Assembly: GCA_951406725.2 (NCBI GenBank)
Contig: OX597838.1
Span: forward strand, 8,618,001 to 8,682,000
Origin: Octopus vulgaris
Lineage: Eukaryota
Reading direction: 5' to 3'
DNA length: 64,000 bases
Position 1 is the stretch's first letter. Every line of letters begins with the position of its first letter. The notes under the pieces are model-generated. The model saw only the letters and a program-made list of their open reading frames with translations. It was not told the DNA's origin and did not search any database. The position numbers and the translations under genes are program-made. This document shows positions 25,897 to 44,585 of this stretch, piece after piece.

Positions 25897-26890
25897 GTGT
25901 GTGTATATTCTTTACAGTCTTCCTGTTATTTCTCGTACAATGAGTGGTGACTTTGTTAAAACAGTGTGTTCAGTTCACACATTACATTATTATGTTATAT
26001 ATGTATTTATTATGTGTATAAATATATAAATATAAGAATAAAAATTTTTCAAAAAAACTTTTATTAATTTTTTATTCAAAATTATTTCTTATATTATTTA
26101 TTAAAAAAAAATTTTTATTTGTGTCAAAAATTTACAAGACAAAAAAATTATTAAAAAAAATATATGTAAAAAAATTATTATATATTGTATATATTAATAA
26201 TATTAATTATTTATTTTTATTATATTTATATATTGTTAAAAATATGTGTATGTAAATATTATGTATTGTATTTGTATATATATATATTTATATATAAAAT
26301 TGTATATTTGTTAATCTATTAATTTATTTTTTTTGTATGTTATAACATAATTTATCTATTGTTTGTCCTCTCTGTGTTGTCTTGTGGGTATATTCGTGTA
26401 TCATATGTATGTTAAATTATTTTTAAAATTGTATATAACATTTTTAAAAATTTTTTTAAAGAAAACTTTTAAAAATTTTATTTTATTTTTTACAAAAGAG
26501 CAACAATTCTAATATCTTATATATAGTTTGATACAAGATCTTAAAATCTAAAAAATTTTTTTGAAATATATTATAAAAAATTTATGTTTTGTATATACGA
26601 TTTAGATTCCTAAAGAATTTTGCGTTGAGTTCAATGTTTCTACTATATCTTATAAAAAATAATTTGGTATTCGTGTCTACAGATCTCTTTTTTATATAAA
26701 AAGTTTATTGTTATGTCTTTCTTTTTTTTAATTTTTTTATATATTATAAAAAAATCTTATAAAATTTATATACAAAAATATACTATATATATATATATAA
26801 AATTTATATATAGTATTTACATTTCTATAAAATTAATTTTTTATAATTTGTTACAAAAAAATTAAAATTATATTGTTTGTAACTTATATA
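25575..26890. other. Garbled GC-depleted copy of ~23400-25500, probable assembly or consensus artefact
   Basis: Exact anchors: 26359 = 24656 (TTGTTTGTCCTCTCTGTGTT), 26596 = 25213 (TACGATTTAGATTCCTAA), 26001 = 24759. Confidence 0.7.
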
Positions 26891-26932
26891 CATATTATAT
26901 ATATATAAAAGAATATACACTTCTGTTTATGC

Positions 26933-26968
<36 letters not shown>

Positions 26969-26993
26969 ATATATATATATTTATATATATATG

Positions 26994-27062
<69 letters not shown>

Positions 27063-27133
27063 GTATATATATATGTATATACATAGATATGTATGTATGT
27101 ATGTATATATATATATATGTATATATACATATA

Positions 27134-27174
<41 letters not shown>

Positions 27175-27176
<2 letters not shown>

Positions 27177-27710
27177 CAGGTCACTTTCGAGTGCTACTAG
27201 TAACATGTAACCCAGTACAACCTGTTGCATGGTCGTGTCGTCGGCGACTAAACCGGCAACCCCACCAAGCTTACTTGGTGAGGAGGGTGTTCATTGGACA
27301 CCCTGCGGGATGAAAAACAAAACCCGTCAAAGGGCGTAGGACCTCTTGTGAGTCAACGGCCATCCAATAAATGTCTTAAGGCTGTATCATGCGCTGGGAC
27401 ATAGAAATAATCGGACTGAATACCCGATCGGGTGGTTAGACCATTGGGAGTAAAGGACTTTGTTAGGGCATCCATCTAGGAGAAGGTAACTCAGGTAACT
27501 GGGGTAACTCCAACATAAAACCATCGGCTCAGTGGTTACCGATGATGTTGAATTGTTCTTCTTTTCGGATTGTGGCTGCTGTTGCTTAGTGAGTGGGATT
27601 GGCTCAGCCTTTCCTCACTTTAAAAAAAAATCTTCTTGCACAGGCATTGCACGATAACAACATTAAGCTTCGTGCAATGGCCATAGTCGATAACGAGGGG
27701 GCAGCCACCA
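27175..27710 (+). mobile_element. RTE-like structured 5'-leader element inserted in (TA)n
   Basis: GGCATCCATCTAGGAGAAGGTAACTC motif at 27467; five consecutive hairpins at 27182-27327; (TA)n on both sides. Confidence 0.6.
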
Positions 27711-27927
27711 TATATATATATATATATATAGGTATGTATGTATATATAAATACTAGTACGCAACTGGTACTTAATTGACCTCGGTGGAATTTGAACTCAG
27801 AACGTAAAAAATGCATATAATAATAAACATATATATGCCTGTATATACATACATATATATATATAGGTAGGTAGATATATAGATATAGATATAATACATA
27901 TATATACATATATACATATATATATTC

Positions 27928-27963
<36 letters not shown>

Positions 27964-27994
27964 GTATGTATATACGAGTGTATGTAAATATATT

Positions 27995-28397
27995 TTATTT
28001 TGCTTCAGTCATTTTGTCTGCAGCCATGATGGCGCATGGCCTTTAGTCGAGCAAATCGACCCCAGGACTTTTTTTGTAAGCCTAGTACTTATTCTATCGG
28101 TCTCTTTTGCTAAACTACTAAGTTACAGGGACATAAACACACGAACATCGGTTGTCAAGTGATGTGGGGGGGGGGAACATATACATACATATATGTGTGT
28201 GTTTGAGTGTGTGTATGTGTGTACATATACATACGACGGGCTTCTTTCCGTTTCCATCTACGAAATCCACTCTCAAGGCTTTGTTTAGAAGGAATCTAAA
28301 ATAAAAAATACTTGTCCAAGGTGCCACGCAGTGGGACTGAACCCGAGACCATGTGGTTGGTGAGCAAGCTCTTTACCACACAGCCACGTCTGCGCCT
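27995..28397 (-). mobile_element. SINE family A copy
   Basis: Head and tail match family A. Confidence 0.85.
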
Positions 28398-28431
28398 GTT
28401 CACACACACACACATACACACACATATATAC

Positions 28432-28640
28432 ATCATCATCATCATTGTTCGACCGTGGTCGAGACAATGGAATTTACCATGCTACGCCAGACTTCACGGT
28501 CCATCATGGCATTACGGAGGTCCTGTTGCTGGATGCCCGTATCCCTGGAGATTACATCAGGGTAGGAGAGTGTGCGCCCTCTGGTATTGCGAGCAGATGG
28601 CTTCCAGAGGAGAAGAGTAGAAATTACTTCTTTTTCAGCA
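28432..28640 (-). mobile_element. RTE-clade LINE 3' end, 5'-truncated, (TGA)n tail
   Basis: EKEVISTLLLWKPS..RGRTLSYPDVISRDTG..DLRNAMMDREVWR, the usual RTE C-terminal DR..WR motif. Confidence 0.85.
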
Positions 28641-28808
28641 TATATACATACACTACATATATACATACACTACACATATATGCATACACTACACACATAC
28701 ATACATACATACATACATACATACATACATACATACATACACACACACATATATACATACATATACATACATAGACATACATACATGCATACACACACAC
28801 ATGTCTAA

Positions 28809-28839
<31 letters not shown>

Positions 28840-29053
28840 TATATATACATACATATACATACATACATACACACATACATACACGTGTATGCGCACCCGT
28901 GTGTGCGTGAGTGCAGAAGTGAATACCACAACATGTGTGTGTCCGCGTGGGTTTGCGGGGTGGGGGTGTATACGTCGCTTAATGTAATTATTGTATATCA
29001 ATGTTTGGACAGTTTATCTGTATATGTAGACATGTATATATATGCGTATGTGC

Positions 29054-29093
<40 letters not shown>

Positions 29094-29155
29094 GTGTCTG
29101 TGTGTGTCAGTAGTACTTTTAAATGTGTGTGTACGTGCGTTATCTGTGCGTATAA

Positions 29156-29206
<51 letters not shown>

Positions 29207-29445
29207 TATATATATATATATGTGTGTGTGTGCGTCTGTGTGTGAATGTATATGTATATATATATATATATGTGTGTGTGTGCGTCTGTGTGTGAATGTA
29301 TATGTATATATATATATATGTGTGTGTGTATGTATTGGTGCATCTGTTTTGTGTACACAAACACACACACACACACACTCACACACACACACTCACACAC
29401 AGACACACATACTCGGGTATATGTGATCTCTCGTTGTTTCTATGC

Positions 29446-29486
<41 letters not shown>

Positions 29487-29649
29487 TATGTCTTTAAGCG
29501 TGTATATCTCTATAAGCGCGCGTGTGAATAGATTTATGTGTATGCATGTGTAAAACATTACGAATGGTCTACAAACATGTATGTGTGCGTGTGTGTATAT
29601 GTATGTGTGTGTGTGCGTGTGTGTGTGTGTGTGTGTGTGGTGCGCTGTC

Positions 29650-29860
29650 CGTGTTAATAGCTCCATTATTGGCTATTTACACGCTACAATCTTCCGTTTA
29701 ACAATAGAGTTCAAGGGTTCCCCCACCCCACCTCACATTCATTAGATGCAAGCTGAGGGGCGTGGCCATTTCCTTTTATGACAAGCAGTGTCATCCATAC
29801 GTCGCCTCTACGTAATTTTCTCCCTAGCAACGCCCATGCTTAACGACTCCTGGTCATACA
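29650..29860. promoter_or_regulatory. Candidate enhancer island
   Basis: Unique sequence between repeats with AACAATAG (Sox), TTTTATGA (posterior Hox/Cdx), GGGGCGTGGC (Sp/KLF), CCTAGCAAC (RFX), ATTGG. Confidence 0.35.
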
Positions 29861-30197
29861 GCAGTGAGCGGCAGCGGCGGTAGCGGTAGGAGGAAACCCG
29901 CAGTGTGGTGGTGGTGGTGGTGGTGGTGGTGGTGGTGGGAGTGAGGAGGTTGGCTGTGGTGGTTGTGACGGTGGCGGAGTCGGAGTCGGTGGGAGTGAGC
30001 TGGGGGGTGGGGGTGTGATGGAAAGTAGGTGTGGCTTACGGCTTTTAATATGTTAATAAGGGGAGTTTTGTTGTGGAAGTGAGAGGTAAACAATTCGAAG
30101 GGGAAAACGAAAGATGTGTGCATGTATGTATGCACGCATGTATGGATGTGTGTGTGTGTGTGTATATATATATGTGTGTATATACAAGAATCAAAGA

Positions 30198-30261
<64 letters not shown>

Positions 30262-30328
30262 GCACGTACGTACATGTATATATCGAAAACGATTAAATAG
30301 CTTCATAGATATGGAAGAGAAAGTGCAG

Positions 30329-30383
<55 letters not shown>

Positions 30384-30438
30384 TGTGTGTGTGTGTATGC
30401 GTGCGTGCGTGTTTGTGTATGTGTGTATGTCTATATGC

Positions 30439-30473
<35 letters not shown>

Positions 30474-30474
30474 T

Positions 30475-30625
<151 letters not shown>

Positions 30626-30633
30626 CAGACAGT

Positions 30634-30694
<61 letters not shown>

Positions 30695-30703
30695 GGATAG
30701 ATG

Positions 30704-30794
<91 letters not shown>

Positions 30795-31237
30795 GCACGC
30801 ATTCAGCTAAGTCAGCGGATTGTATCTCTCGATGGTAGAATGTGGGTTGCGTGTTTAAGGCGCGCGCGATTCACAGACATGATTCACATCAGAATCCTTC
30901 ATCTCTGCAATATCTTGGACACAGGCCTTCGGCCATTGCCTGTCAACTGACCAATGTCTTGGGGCGGCTGGCAAGAAAGAAGCTTTTCATCTTTTACTTG
31001 CTGCTTCACTTATTGGTTTGCGGCCATGCTGGGGCAGCGCCTTCGAGGATTTTCACGAACGAATCGACCAATGAATATATATTTTTTGATATCTGGTCCC
31101 TTATTTTATCGGTACCAGGCTTTTGCTGTATGGGGACACAAACAAAGCAACACCGGTTATCAAGCGGTGGTGGAGGACAAACATTTACTCAGAGACTTGC
31201 AAAGCAATTTTCTTAAAAATACGGGAACACTGCAGCT

Positions 31238-33412
<2,175 letters not shown>

Positions 33413-33499
33413 ACTAGATAGATAGATGTATGTATGTATGTATGTATATGTATGTATATATATATATGCATAGACATATATATATATGGATATATATGC

Positions 33500-33532
<33 letters not shown>

Positions 33533-33533
<1 letters not shown>

Positions 33534-33705
33534 GTTTCTTTATTAGCCGTCTGAACACAGGGCTGCACACAGACAGGACAAATTACAAGGTAGAGCTTTT
33601 CTTTTGGGTGTAAAAAAGGGGGTTTGGTTTTCGATCAAAAGGGATCGTAAAGGGAAAGAAAGAGGACAAAAACAGGGGGGAATAAAATTAAAAAAATAAA
33701 AAAGA
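33533..33705 (-). mobile_element. Tx1/L1-like LINE 3' UTR fragment ending in (TCTA)n
   Basis: Matches 62141-62310; AATAAA next to the (GATA)n tract. Confidence 0.75.
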
Positions 33706-33911
33706 TGGAGAGAGAGAGATATTCCTTTATTCTTTTACTTGTTTCTGTCGTTTGACTGCGGCCATGCTGGTGCACTGCCTTTAATATATATATTTTTAAA
33801 TATGTGCGACGGGCTTCTCTCAGTTTCCGTCTACTAATGCTGGCTTACGAAGCTGGTCTTGGTCGTTCTGGATCTACAGAAGACAATTACTGAAGGTGCC
33901 GCTCAGTGGGG

Positions 33912-34037
33912 CCATGTGGTTGGCACCATGTGGGTGGCACCATGTGGTTCGCACCATGTGGTTCGCACCATGTGGGTGGCACCATGTGGTTCGCACCATG
34001 TGGTTCGCACCATGTGGTTGGTACCATGTGGTTGGCA
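33912..34037. repeat. 14-bp minisatellite x9 inside a SINE A head
   Basis: CCATGTGG(T/G)T(G/C)GCA units every 14 bp; host SINE spans ~33720-34070 (-). Confidence 0.92.
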
Positions 34038-34465
34038 AACAAACTTCTTATAACACAGCTACGCCTTTACCTGTAAAACAAACACGAATAAGCGGGATGG
34101 TCACGGCTGGAATACTTTGGTTCTCATGTGTCTTCTCGATCAAGTGTGAAAGACTAAAGAGAAATTGGTAGAAAGGATGAAGGAGAGGAACCAAATTAGA
34201 AGGATATAGGGATATAATGGGAGTAGGAGTGATTAGACAAATACAGACGTAAGAGAGAGGGTGGGAGGAAAAGAAAGAGAGAGATAGGGGAGTGGTGGGA
34301 GAAAGAAATGAGAGCAATAAGACGACAATGTAAGAAAGAAAGAGTTTTATGTAAACAGAGAGAGAGAGAGAGGGGGAGAGAAGCAATAAGAGGAGATGTA
34401 AGAGGAAGGAGAGGGTGTATTTGTGAGGTGTTGATTGAATGTTGACAACTGGGAAATCAAATTAT

Positions 34466-35563
<1,098 letters not shown>

Positions 35564-35755
35564 GGTTTACAAAAAAAAAAAAAAAAAATTTTTTTTAGAC
35601 AGTCATTAGTACAACACCCCCCCCCAAAAAAAAAATATATATATATGGCACACTAGGCATAACAACAACATGAACTTCCAACCCTGTTGTCTCTTGAGGT
35701 CTCTGGGTGAGACTTGGAGCCAACTTGTACAAATATAAAGCAAAAGTCAAACATA

Positions 35756-35852
<97 letters not shown>

Positions 35853-35856
35853 CATG

Positions 35857-35907
<51 letters not shown>

Positions 35908-35930
35908 GCAATAATAATAATAATAATACA

Positions 35931-35963
<33 letters not shown>

Positions 35964-36045
35964 TATAATAATAATAATAATTATTATTATTATTATTATT
36001 ATTATTATTGTTATTATTATTATTATTATTATTATCATTATTATT

Positions 36046-37208
<1,163 letters not shown>

Positions 37209-37210
37209 GT

Positions 37211-37456
37211 TAAAAGATAGTGCTCATGGGAACTGCCCATATCCTACGTAACATACTGTCTATGTAATCTCAAATTTTAAAAGAAACTCATAATTTTCTT
37301 ATGTTTTCTTAAACATTCTCTAGAACAACGCTATGTACAAAACCAAATATATGGCACCCTAGGCATAACACCAACATGAACTTTTGCTGTCTCTTGAGGT
37401 CTTTGGGTGAGACTTGGGGCCAAGTTGTACAAATGCAAAGCAAAAGTCAAATATAG
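37211..37456 (+). mobile_element. R4/Dong-like 3' end with (GAA)n tail
   Basis: KIVLMGTAHILR and 3' UTR homologous to 35490-35756. Confidence 0.82.
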
Positions 37457-38080
37457 AAGAAGAAGAAGAAGAAGAAGAAGAAGAAGAAGAAGAAGAAGAA
37501 GAAGAAGAAGAAGAAGAAGAAGAAGAAGAAGAAGAAGAAGAAGAAGAAGAAGCCTCACTTTCCTTTCCAAGTGGAAACTTAAAAAGCCGACGAGGGCTTG
37601 AACAAAGAGGAATGTGTCCCTTTCTAATTTTGGTACAAGGCCAAGGGCCTTAGAAGGAAGGGTAAACCGATTACATCAACCCCAGTACTCGACATGTCCT
37701 TTACGTTATCTACTTCAGAATATGAGCAGGAGTCATTTTAGCGCAAGCGTTTTGGCGTCGCCTATTTCGTGCCGCTGATTCGATGCTTTGTCCCAGGGAC
37801 ATTTTTAGGCACCGGGAAAATTTTGTTCATATTCTGATTGACAACAGTTCTACAGCGCAGTACCTACGGCAAGTATCTTCCAGTATAGCCCCGGGCTGAT
37901 CATGGCCTCGTGAGGGGACTTGATAGACGGAAACTGAAAGAAGCCCGTTGTGTGTGCATGTATGTGTGTGTGTGTGTATGTGTAGATAGCTAAATAGACA
38001 GACAGACAGACAGATAAACAGACACTGACAGACAGAATAACAGACAGATCGGCAGCAGACACACAGACAGACAGATAGAC

Positions 38081-38186
<106 letters not shown>

Positions 38187-38221
38187 GCGGACAGACAGAC
38201 ATACAGACAGACGGACGGACG

Positions 38222-38252
<31 letters not shown>

Positions 38253-38256
38253 AGGC

Positions 38257-38305
<49 letters not shown>

Positions 38306-39748
38306 CAAATGGTTCTGAGGAAGGTGTAAGATACTCCACTGTTATTCAACGCTATGCGCACAGATGTTTATAGCAAAAACAGCTGTAAGCTAATGAATTT
38401 GGTTACACGACTTCTATTCTTTTGTCGTTCATTTATTAAGGTTCCACTTTGTACTAAGCTGACGGTTTACAAAAGAATCTGGAGCGAGGAACGCCTAGCA
38501 ATTCGTATCTCTTCGTCTGACCTTGCCAATGCCCCGAAGTATGAATATATTGAAACCTAACAACTGGATATTGGTGTTACTATGGCTAAAATGAATCATA
38601 TGTGTATATGAGAGTGTTTGTACTCCACCATCGCTTGACAGCCGGTGTTGGTTTGTATACGTTTCCGTAACTTAGCAGTTCTACAAAAGCAAAAGGCAAC
38701 TGGATAAGCATCAGGCTTGTTTTTTTTTTCTACTAAACCCGTCAATGCGGTGCTCCAGCATGGTCGCAATCCTACGAGTGAATCAAGTACAACTTATGAA
38801 GATAAACGGTAGTATAGAAAACCGGGTCTTCTATGCAATAAGGAAAGTTTTGTAGCACAGAAAAAGAAAAAACAAAAAGAAGAAACAGAAAAACGGGGGT
38901 TTAACTTGGGACCACCTCAATGGTGAAGGAATTAAAATCATAACAAAACTACGAAAAAAGTAAGCAAAGAAAAACACTTTCGCTGCTCCCCCCATAACAA
39001 ATACATTCTCGAGTAAATAATGACCTCAATTTATTCCTCCATTGAACCCTAAGCCCTAAATTACTTCACCGTTCGCTGATTCATACTGAATGAGTAGCAA
39101 GGGTTTCGTTTGCTGTTTATCAGCTTTTATATATTACACCTCTGAGGTTAAGGACACGTGTCCGGTCGATAGAGCAGGACTCCCTAATATACATAGGAAC
39201 TCACGTAACGGACATGCGGCAGGGACCATTAGCATCAACTGCTCGTGGCCCCTTCTGTATGTGTATGTGTGTGTGTGTGCGTAGATAATTATCTTGATTA
39301 GTGGACAGCACCCTGACTTAGGTAATTCGGCTGTTGTGATGAGGGTTAAAGAGGATGGAGCGGGTTGTTTGGAGGGGTTAAGAGTCTGTACGATAGGGTA
39401 GTATGTGATGTAAATGCTATCTGCTTCGATATGAATGAAGCCGAATATTGATAAATAGTTAAATGGCCATTATATGTGGAGATGACCTGTTTGACTGATC
39501 GAAGACTGTAATGATGATGATGATGATGATGATGGTCACGATGATGATCAGGATGATAACTACAGTCAGCATCGGCGTTCTGATAATCTATCATCACGAT
39601 ACGTGTGTATATATCTTCATAAACGAAGGCATATATATATTTGGTCTCCTATATATATTTATATTGCACAAATATATATGTATATACATATATTCATCAA
39701 TAATATATACATAAATCCACACATACAAACACGTGTCTCTCTCTCTCA

Positions 39749-39783
<35 letters not shown>

Positions 39784-39801
39784 CACACACACACACGTGT
39801 T

Positions 39802-39859
<58 letters not shown>

Positions 39860-40426
39860 AACATTTATATACACGCATACACATACACACACACATACAA
39901 ACACACATTTGATAACCTTTGCCAACTGTAGCCTAAACCATGTATAACTTAATAGCACCAAGTTATAAATGTGTGTGTGCGTGTACATACATATATACAT
40001 ATACACACATATATACACACATTTGTATGTGTTATGTATGTATATGTATATATGTATGATGTATGTATGTATGTATGTATGTATGTATGTATGTATGTAT
40101 GTATGTATGTATGTATGTATGTATGTATGTATGTATGTATGTATGTATGTATGTATGTATGTATGTATGTATGTATGTATGTATGTATGTATGTACACCA
40201 TTTGTAATTGCTGGTGTTGGTAATCATAATTCCATCTTTAGTTCTTGGAATATTCCAGTCAACGCCGTTCACCAATTTATTGTTTCCAAAGTAGCATTCT
40301 ACAGAAATCTATGATTACTTCGACAATTGTGTTTAGAAGAATCCGCATGCCCAGATAATTCCATCTGCTCGGCTATCGCTGCCATAACTGCTCTCCCTCT
40401 CTCTTCTCTCTCCTATCTGAAGATAC

Positions 40427-40515
<89 letters not shown>

Positions 40516-41174
40516 TATACAAATATACGTATATAGTAGTGTTGTGTGTATGTATGTGTGTGTGAGTGTGTGTAAGTACATATATATACATATATGTATG
40601 TATATATATATATATATACTTGCACATATAGGTATATAAATATATATAATTGTGCATGTCTACATATATGTGTGTGTGTATATGAATAAATATGTATGTA
40701 TATATATATATATATGTGTGTACGTATGTATATATATATATACATATATATATATATGTATGTATATGTATACGTATGTGTGTGTATGTATATATGTATG
40801 TATGTATATCAATGTTTGTTTTAGTGTGTAGTTATGATATCAGTTTTCCGATTAAACTCATGAACTGTTCAGTACTTTTGAAGAGTACATTCTTTTATTC
40901 TTCCATTCTTTCATTCTTTCACATGTTCCTCTCATTTGGCTGGGACCATGCTGCAGCACCGCCTTGAATATCTGTTATGCTTTTACATGGCTAGTAAAGA
41001 CGAAGACTTAGCCTTCATCGACCTCTGTGTTTGTATGTGTGCGGGGGGGTGCGGATGTTTGTATTTATTTATATATACATGTGTATAAACACAAACATAC
41101 ATATATATATGTGTGCATGTATGTATGTATGTATGTATGTATATGTGCGTGTGTGTGTGTATATTTATATATAT

Positions 41175-41337
41175 ACGACAGGCTTCTTTTCAATTTCCGT
41201 CTACCAAATCCACTCACAAGGCTTCGGTCGGTGCGGGGGTATAGTAGCAGACACTTGCCCAAGGTGCCACGCAGTGGGACTGAACCCGGGGCTATGTGGT
41301 TGGGAAGCAAGTTACTTACCACACAGCCACTCCTGCA
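41175..41337 (-). mobile_element. SINE family A 5' half
   Basis: Head match, including A and B boxes. Confidence 0.85.
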
Positions 41338-41470
41338 TTCACGTACCTATTTATTAATCCAAATGCCTGATGTGACAGCGAAGAAGCTGCGGCATTGAAG
41401 TAACTGCAAATCTTTTCTTTCTAAAAATTAATACACACACACACTCACACACACACACACACACAAACGC

Positions 41471-41547
<77 letters not shown>

Positions 41548-41592
41548 TTTATATACATATATACATATACATATATACATATACATATATAC

Positions 41593-41655
<63 letters not shown>

Positions 41656-41669
41656 CAATATATGTATAC

Positions 41670-41736
<67 letters not shown>

Positions 41737-41843
41737 CATGTAAGTATGTATGTATGCATATATATATACTTAAATACATTAATGCATATACACGTGCGAA
41801 CGTGCATACAGAGACTCTTAAACGCCTTTATGAGGATAATGTA

Positions 41844-41890
<47 letters not shown>

Positions 41891-42089
41891 CTATATAGAT
41901 ATATAGATATATATAGATATATAGATATATATATATAGATATTATATATATATATATGTATGTATATTATGCAGAAGCGACATCTATAAAAGACGTCTGA
42001 CGGAGTAAGAGTAAACTCAGAAAAGAAGAAAAGACGAAGACAGCCGCGCCATCTACATGTCAAAGTCCAAATGATACGAGGTTATGCAC

Positions 42090-42250
42090 CTCTGCGGTTA
42101 ATCGCATGGTTATCGCCCCTGGCATTGTCGCTAAGTCGTTAAATCGTTTTGTCAACAGATTTCATCTGATAACGAGGCACTCATCTCTGATAATGGGTGT
42201 GTCACTGTGGCTTATGGCGCATTTGGAGAGGAACGCGTGCGCGCGCTTGT
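42090..42250. promoter_or_regulatory. Candidate enhancer island (GATA-rich)
   Basis: TTATC and two CTGATAA sites in unique CpG-retaining sequence; CTCF-like GCGCCATCTA nearby at 42046. Confidence 0.3.
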
Positions 42251-42396
42251 GGCTGGTTTGCACGCGCACACACAATAATCACTCGCACAGACAAACACGC
42301 ACACTAGCATGCAGACATGCTCACATGCACGCCCGCACACATACACACACACACACACATATACATGTACATATATATATATATATACACGTATGC

Positions 42397-42428
<32 letters not shown>

Positions 42429-42433
42429 GTATT

Positions 42434-42479
<46 letters not shown>

Positions 42480-42766
42480 TATATATGTATGCATTCTATA
42501 TGTATATATATATTTATATACATCTACATATATATGTATATGTATATATATGTATAGATATGTGTATATATAACCGGTTTCAGCTCATGAGCCGTTGCCA
42601 TGCTGGGGCACCACCATTATATACACTTTTATATTTAAATATACGTATGCGAATGCAAATAAACACACACAGAAACACGCATAGATGTTGCCTCTCTTTC
42701 TCCCTCTCTCTCTCTCTCTCTCTTTCGCACACTATATATATATACATATGTATGCATGTATATATG

Positions 42767-42912
<146 letters not shown>

Positions 42913-43189
42913 TAGATAGATATATACATAAACATATATACATACATATATACACTGACTGAAACACGTATACCATATGTGTGTGTAGTTGTGTATGTGT
43001 GTGTATGTGTGTGTATGTGTGAATGCGTGTGTGTGTGTGCGAGTGTGTCTGTGCGTCCTCACACATACACTGACATGCATACACATACACCCGCACACAC
43101 GCCCCTCTTCATACCGCCATCTTCTCCATCACCCCCCCTCCCTGCACTCCATCCACCCTTGATCCATCCGCCCTTCCCTAAACCCATCA

Positions 43190-43390
43190 ACTGAGGTTCT
43201 TAGTAAAGAGGTCAACCACACGCGACCACAACTACCCTGAATCCTCTCTTTAAGCACGCGGCCATTCCAACGGTTCCTCCTCGTCTGCCTCCGGGTGTAC
43301 ACCCAGGTAACCAACAGCAAAACAAAACCATCCGAAAGCCACGTATTATCTAGGCTGGTGCCTTCTTCATCCCCTCTGACGCCTGTCAAA
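43190..43390 (-). pseudogene. Possible Tx1/L1 ORF2 post-RT remnant
   Basis: WLSDGFVLLLVTWV..RNRW loosely resembles the W.DGPVKLLGVW segment; heavily decayed. Confidence 0.3.
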
Positions 43391-43471
43391 CACGCACAAC
43401 ACATGCGTGCGCTTCCATACACACACATACTTACATACATGCACACTAACAACCACATACACACATGCTAT

Positions 43472-43886
43472 AGGCGCAGGAGTGGCTGTGTGGTAAGTAG
43501 CTTGCTAACCAACCACATGGTTCCGGGTTCAGTCCCACTGCGTGGCATCTTGGGCAAGTGTCTTCTGCTATAGCCCCGGGCCGACCAATGCCTTGTGAGT
43601 GGATTTGGTAGACGGAAACTGAAAGAAGCCTGTCGTATATATGTATATATATATATATATATATGTGTGTGTATGTTTGTGTGTCTGTGTCTGTCTCCCT
43701 AGCATTGCTTGACAACCGATGCTGGTGTGTTTACGTCCCCGTCACTTAGCGGTTCGGCAAAAGAGACCGATAGAATAAGTACTAGACTTACAAAGAATAA
43801 GTCCCGGGGTCGATTTGCTCGACTAAAGGCGGTGCTCCAGCATGGCCGCAGTCAAATGACTGAAACAAGTAAAAGAGTAAAGAGTA
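43472..43886 (+). mobile_element. SINE family A, best full-length copy (tRNA head, CORE-like segment, internal microsatellite)
   Basis: A box TGGCTGTGTGG, B box GGTTCAGTCCC, TTGGGCAAGTGTCTT, tail (GAGTAAAA)n; more than 25 related pieces in the window. Confidence 0.93.
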
Positions 43887-44231
43887 TGCTTATACATATA
43901 TGTGTGGGTGGGTGGGTGTGCTCGTGCGCATATAATTGTATACATATATATATACATACACACACAATATACGTAACTGTCGAACGATGAAAATGAGTGC
44001 TCAACGCCGCATTAGGGGATACAGTTTCTTTATTTGTCAATTATGGCTACCATTGGTTTCATGTTAAGTAAATTAGGAAAATATCCAAGTGTCTTCATAG
44101 ATTTTCAAACCGATCGCATGTTTGTATTTTCGCTATAATAAAAATAATTTTGCATTCATTTGAAGGATCCTTTATTACATTTGGTAGAGTACAAATTTAT
44201 TATTCTTTAAAAACAAGAAAAGCAGTGACAG

Positions 44232-44308
44232 TGACTTCGAAGCTTCGACCAACAAAACCATCATCGGACAGTCCGACCATGGCGTACCTAGTCGAAACGT
44301 TGATGTCA
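44232..44308. repeat. Inverted repeat of two degenerate hammerhead motifs, head to head
   Basis: + strand CCGACCA..GUC-GAAACGUU; - strand CCGAUGA..GUC-GAAGCUUC; centre TCGGAC-A-GTCCGA. Confidence 0.55.
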
Positions 44309-44370
44309 ATCAACATCAATACTATTTTTGGTGAAAAAGTTATATACATATATATATATATATATATATA

Positions 44371-44585
44371 ACGGGAAGGTTTACGAAAATAAACAAAAGA
44401 CGAAGGCAGGTGGAGTACAAACAAACAAATGTATTAGTATGGCGCTCAGGAATAGAAATAGAACAAGTCTTTTACGTTTCGAGCCTACGCTCTTCGACAG
44501 AAAGATACACAGAAAAAAAAACAAGGGGAGAAACAAGGAGAGAAAAAAATGCGTGTAGGAGCTAACGATTTATCATGGCGTCCTG
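44371..44585 (-). mobile_element. ~210-bp HHR-bearing short element abutting (TA)n
   Basis: 44468-44505 minus strand UCUUU-CUGUCGA-a-GAGC-guag-GCUC-GAAACGUA-AAAGA; close relative of 60321-60522. Confidence 0.82.

Noticed and set aside
33912-34037. CRISPR-like array
   Set aside because: No spacers; a simple 14-bp tandem repeat in a eukaryotic SINE
43472-43545. tRNA gene
   Set aside because: A and B boxes are present but it continues into a SINE body repeated many times; no complete cloverleaf
43845-43877. SINE A tail AGUC-AAAU-GACU-GAAACAAGUA-AAAGA resembles the 3' half of the hammerhead elements
   Set aside because: No CUGANGA upstream and no stem I partner; the resemblance may be coincidental
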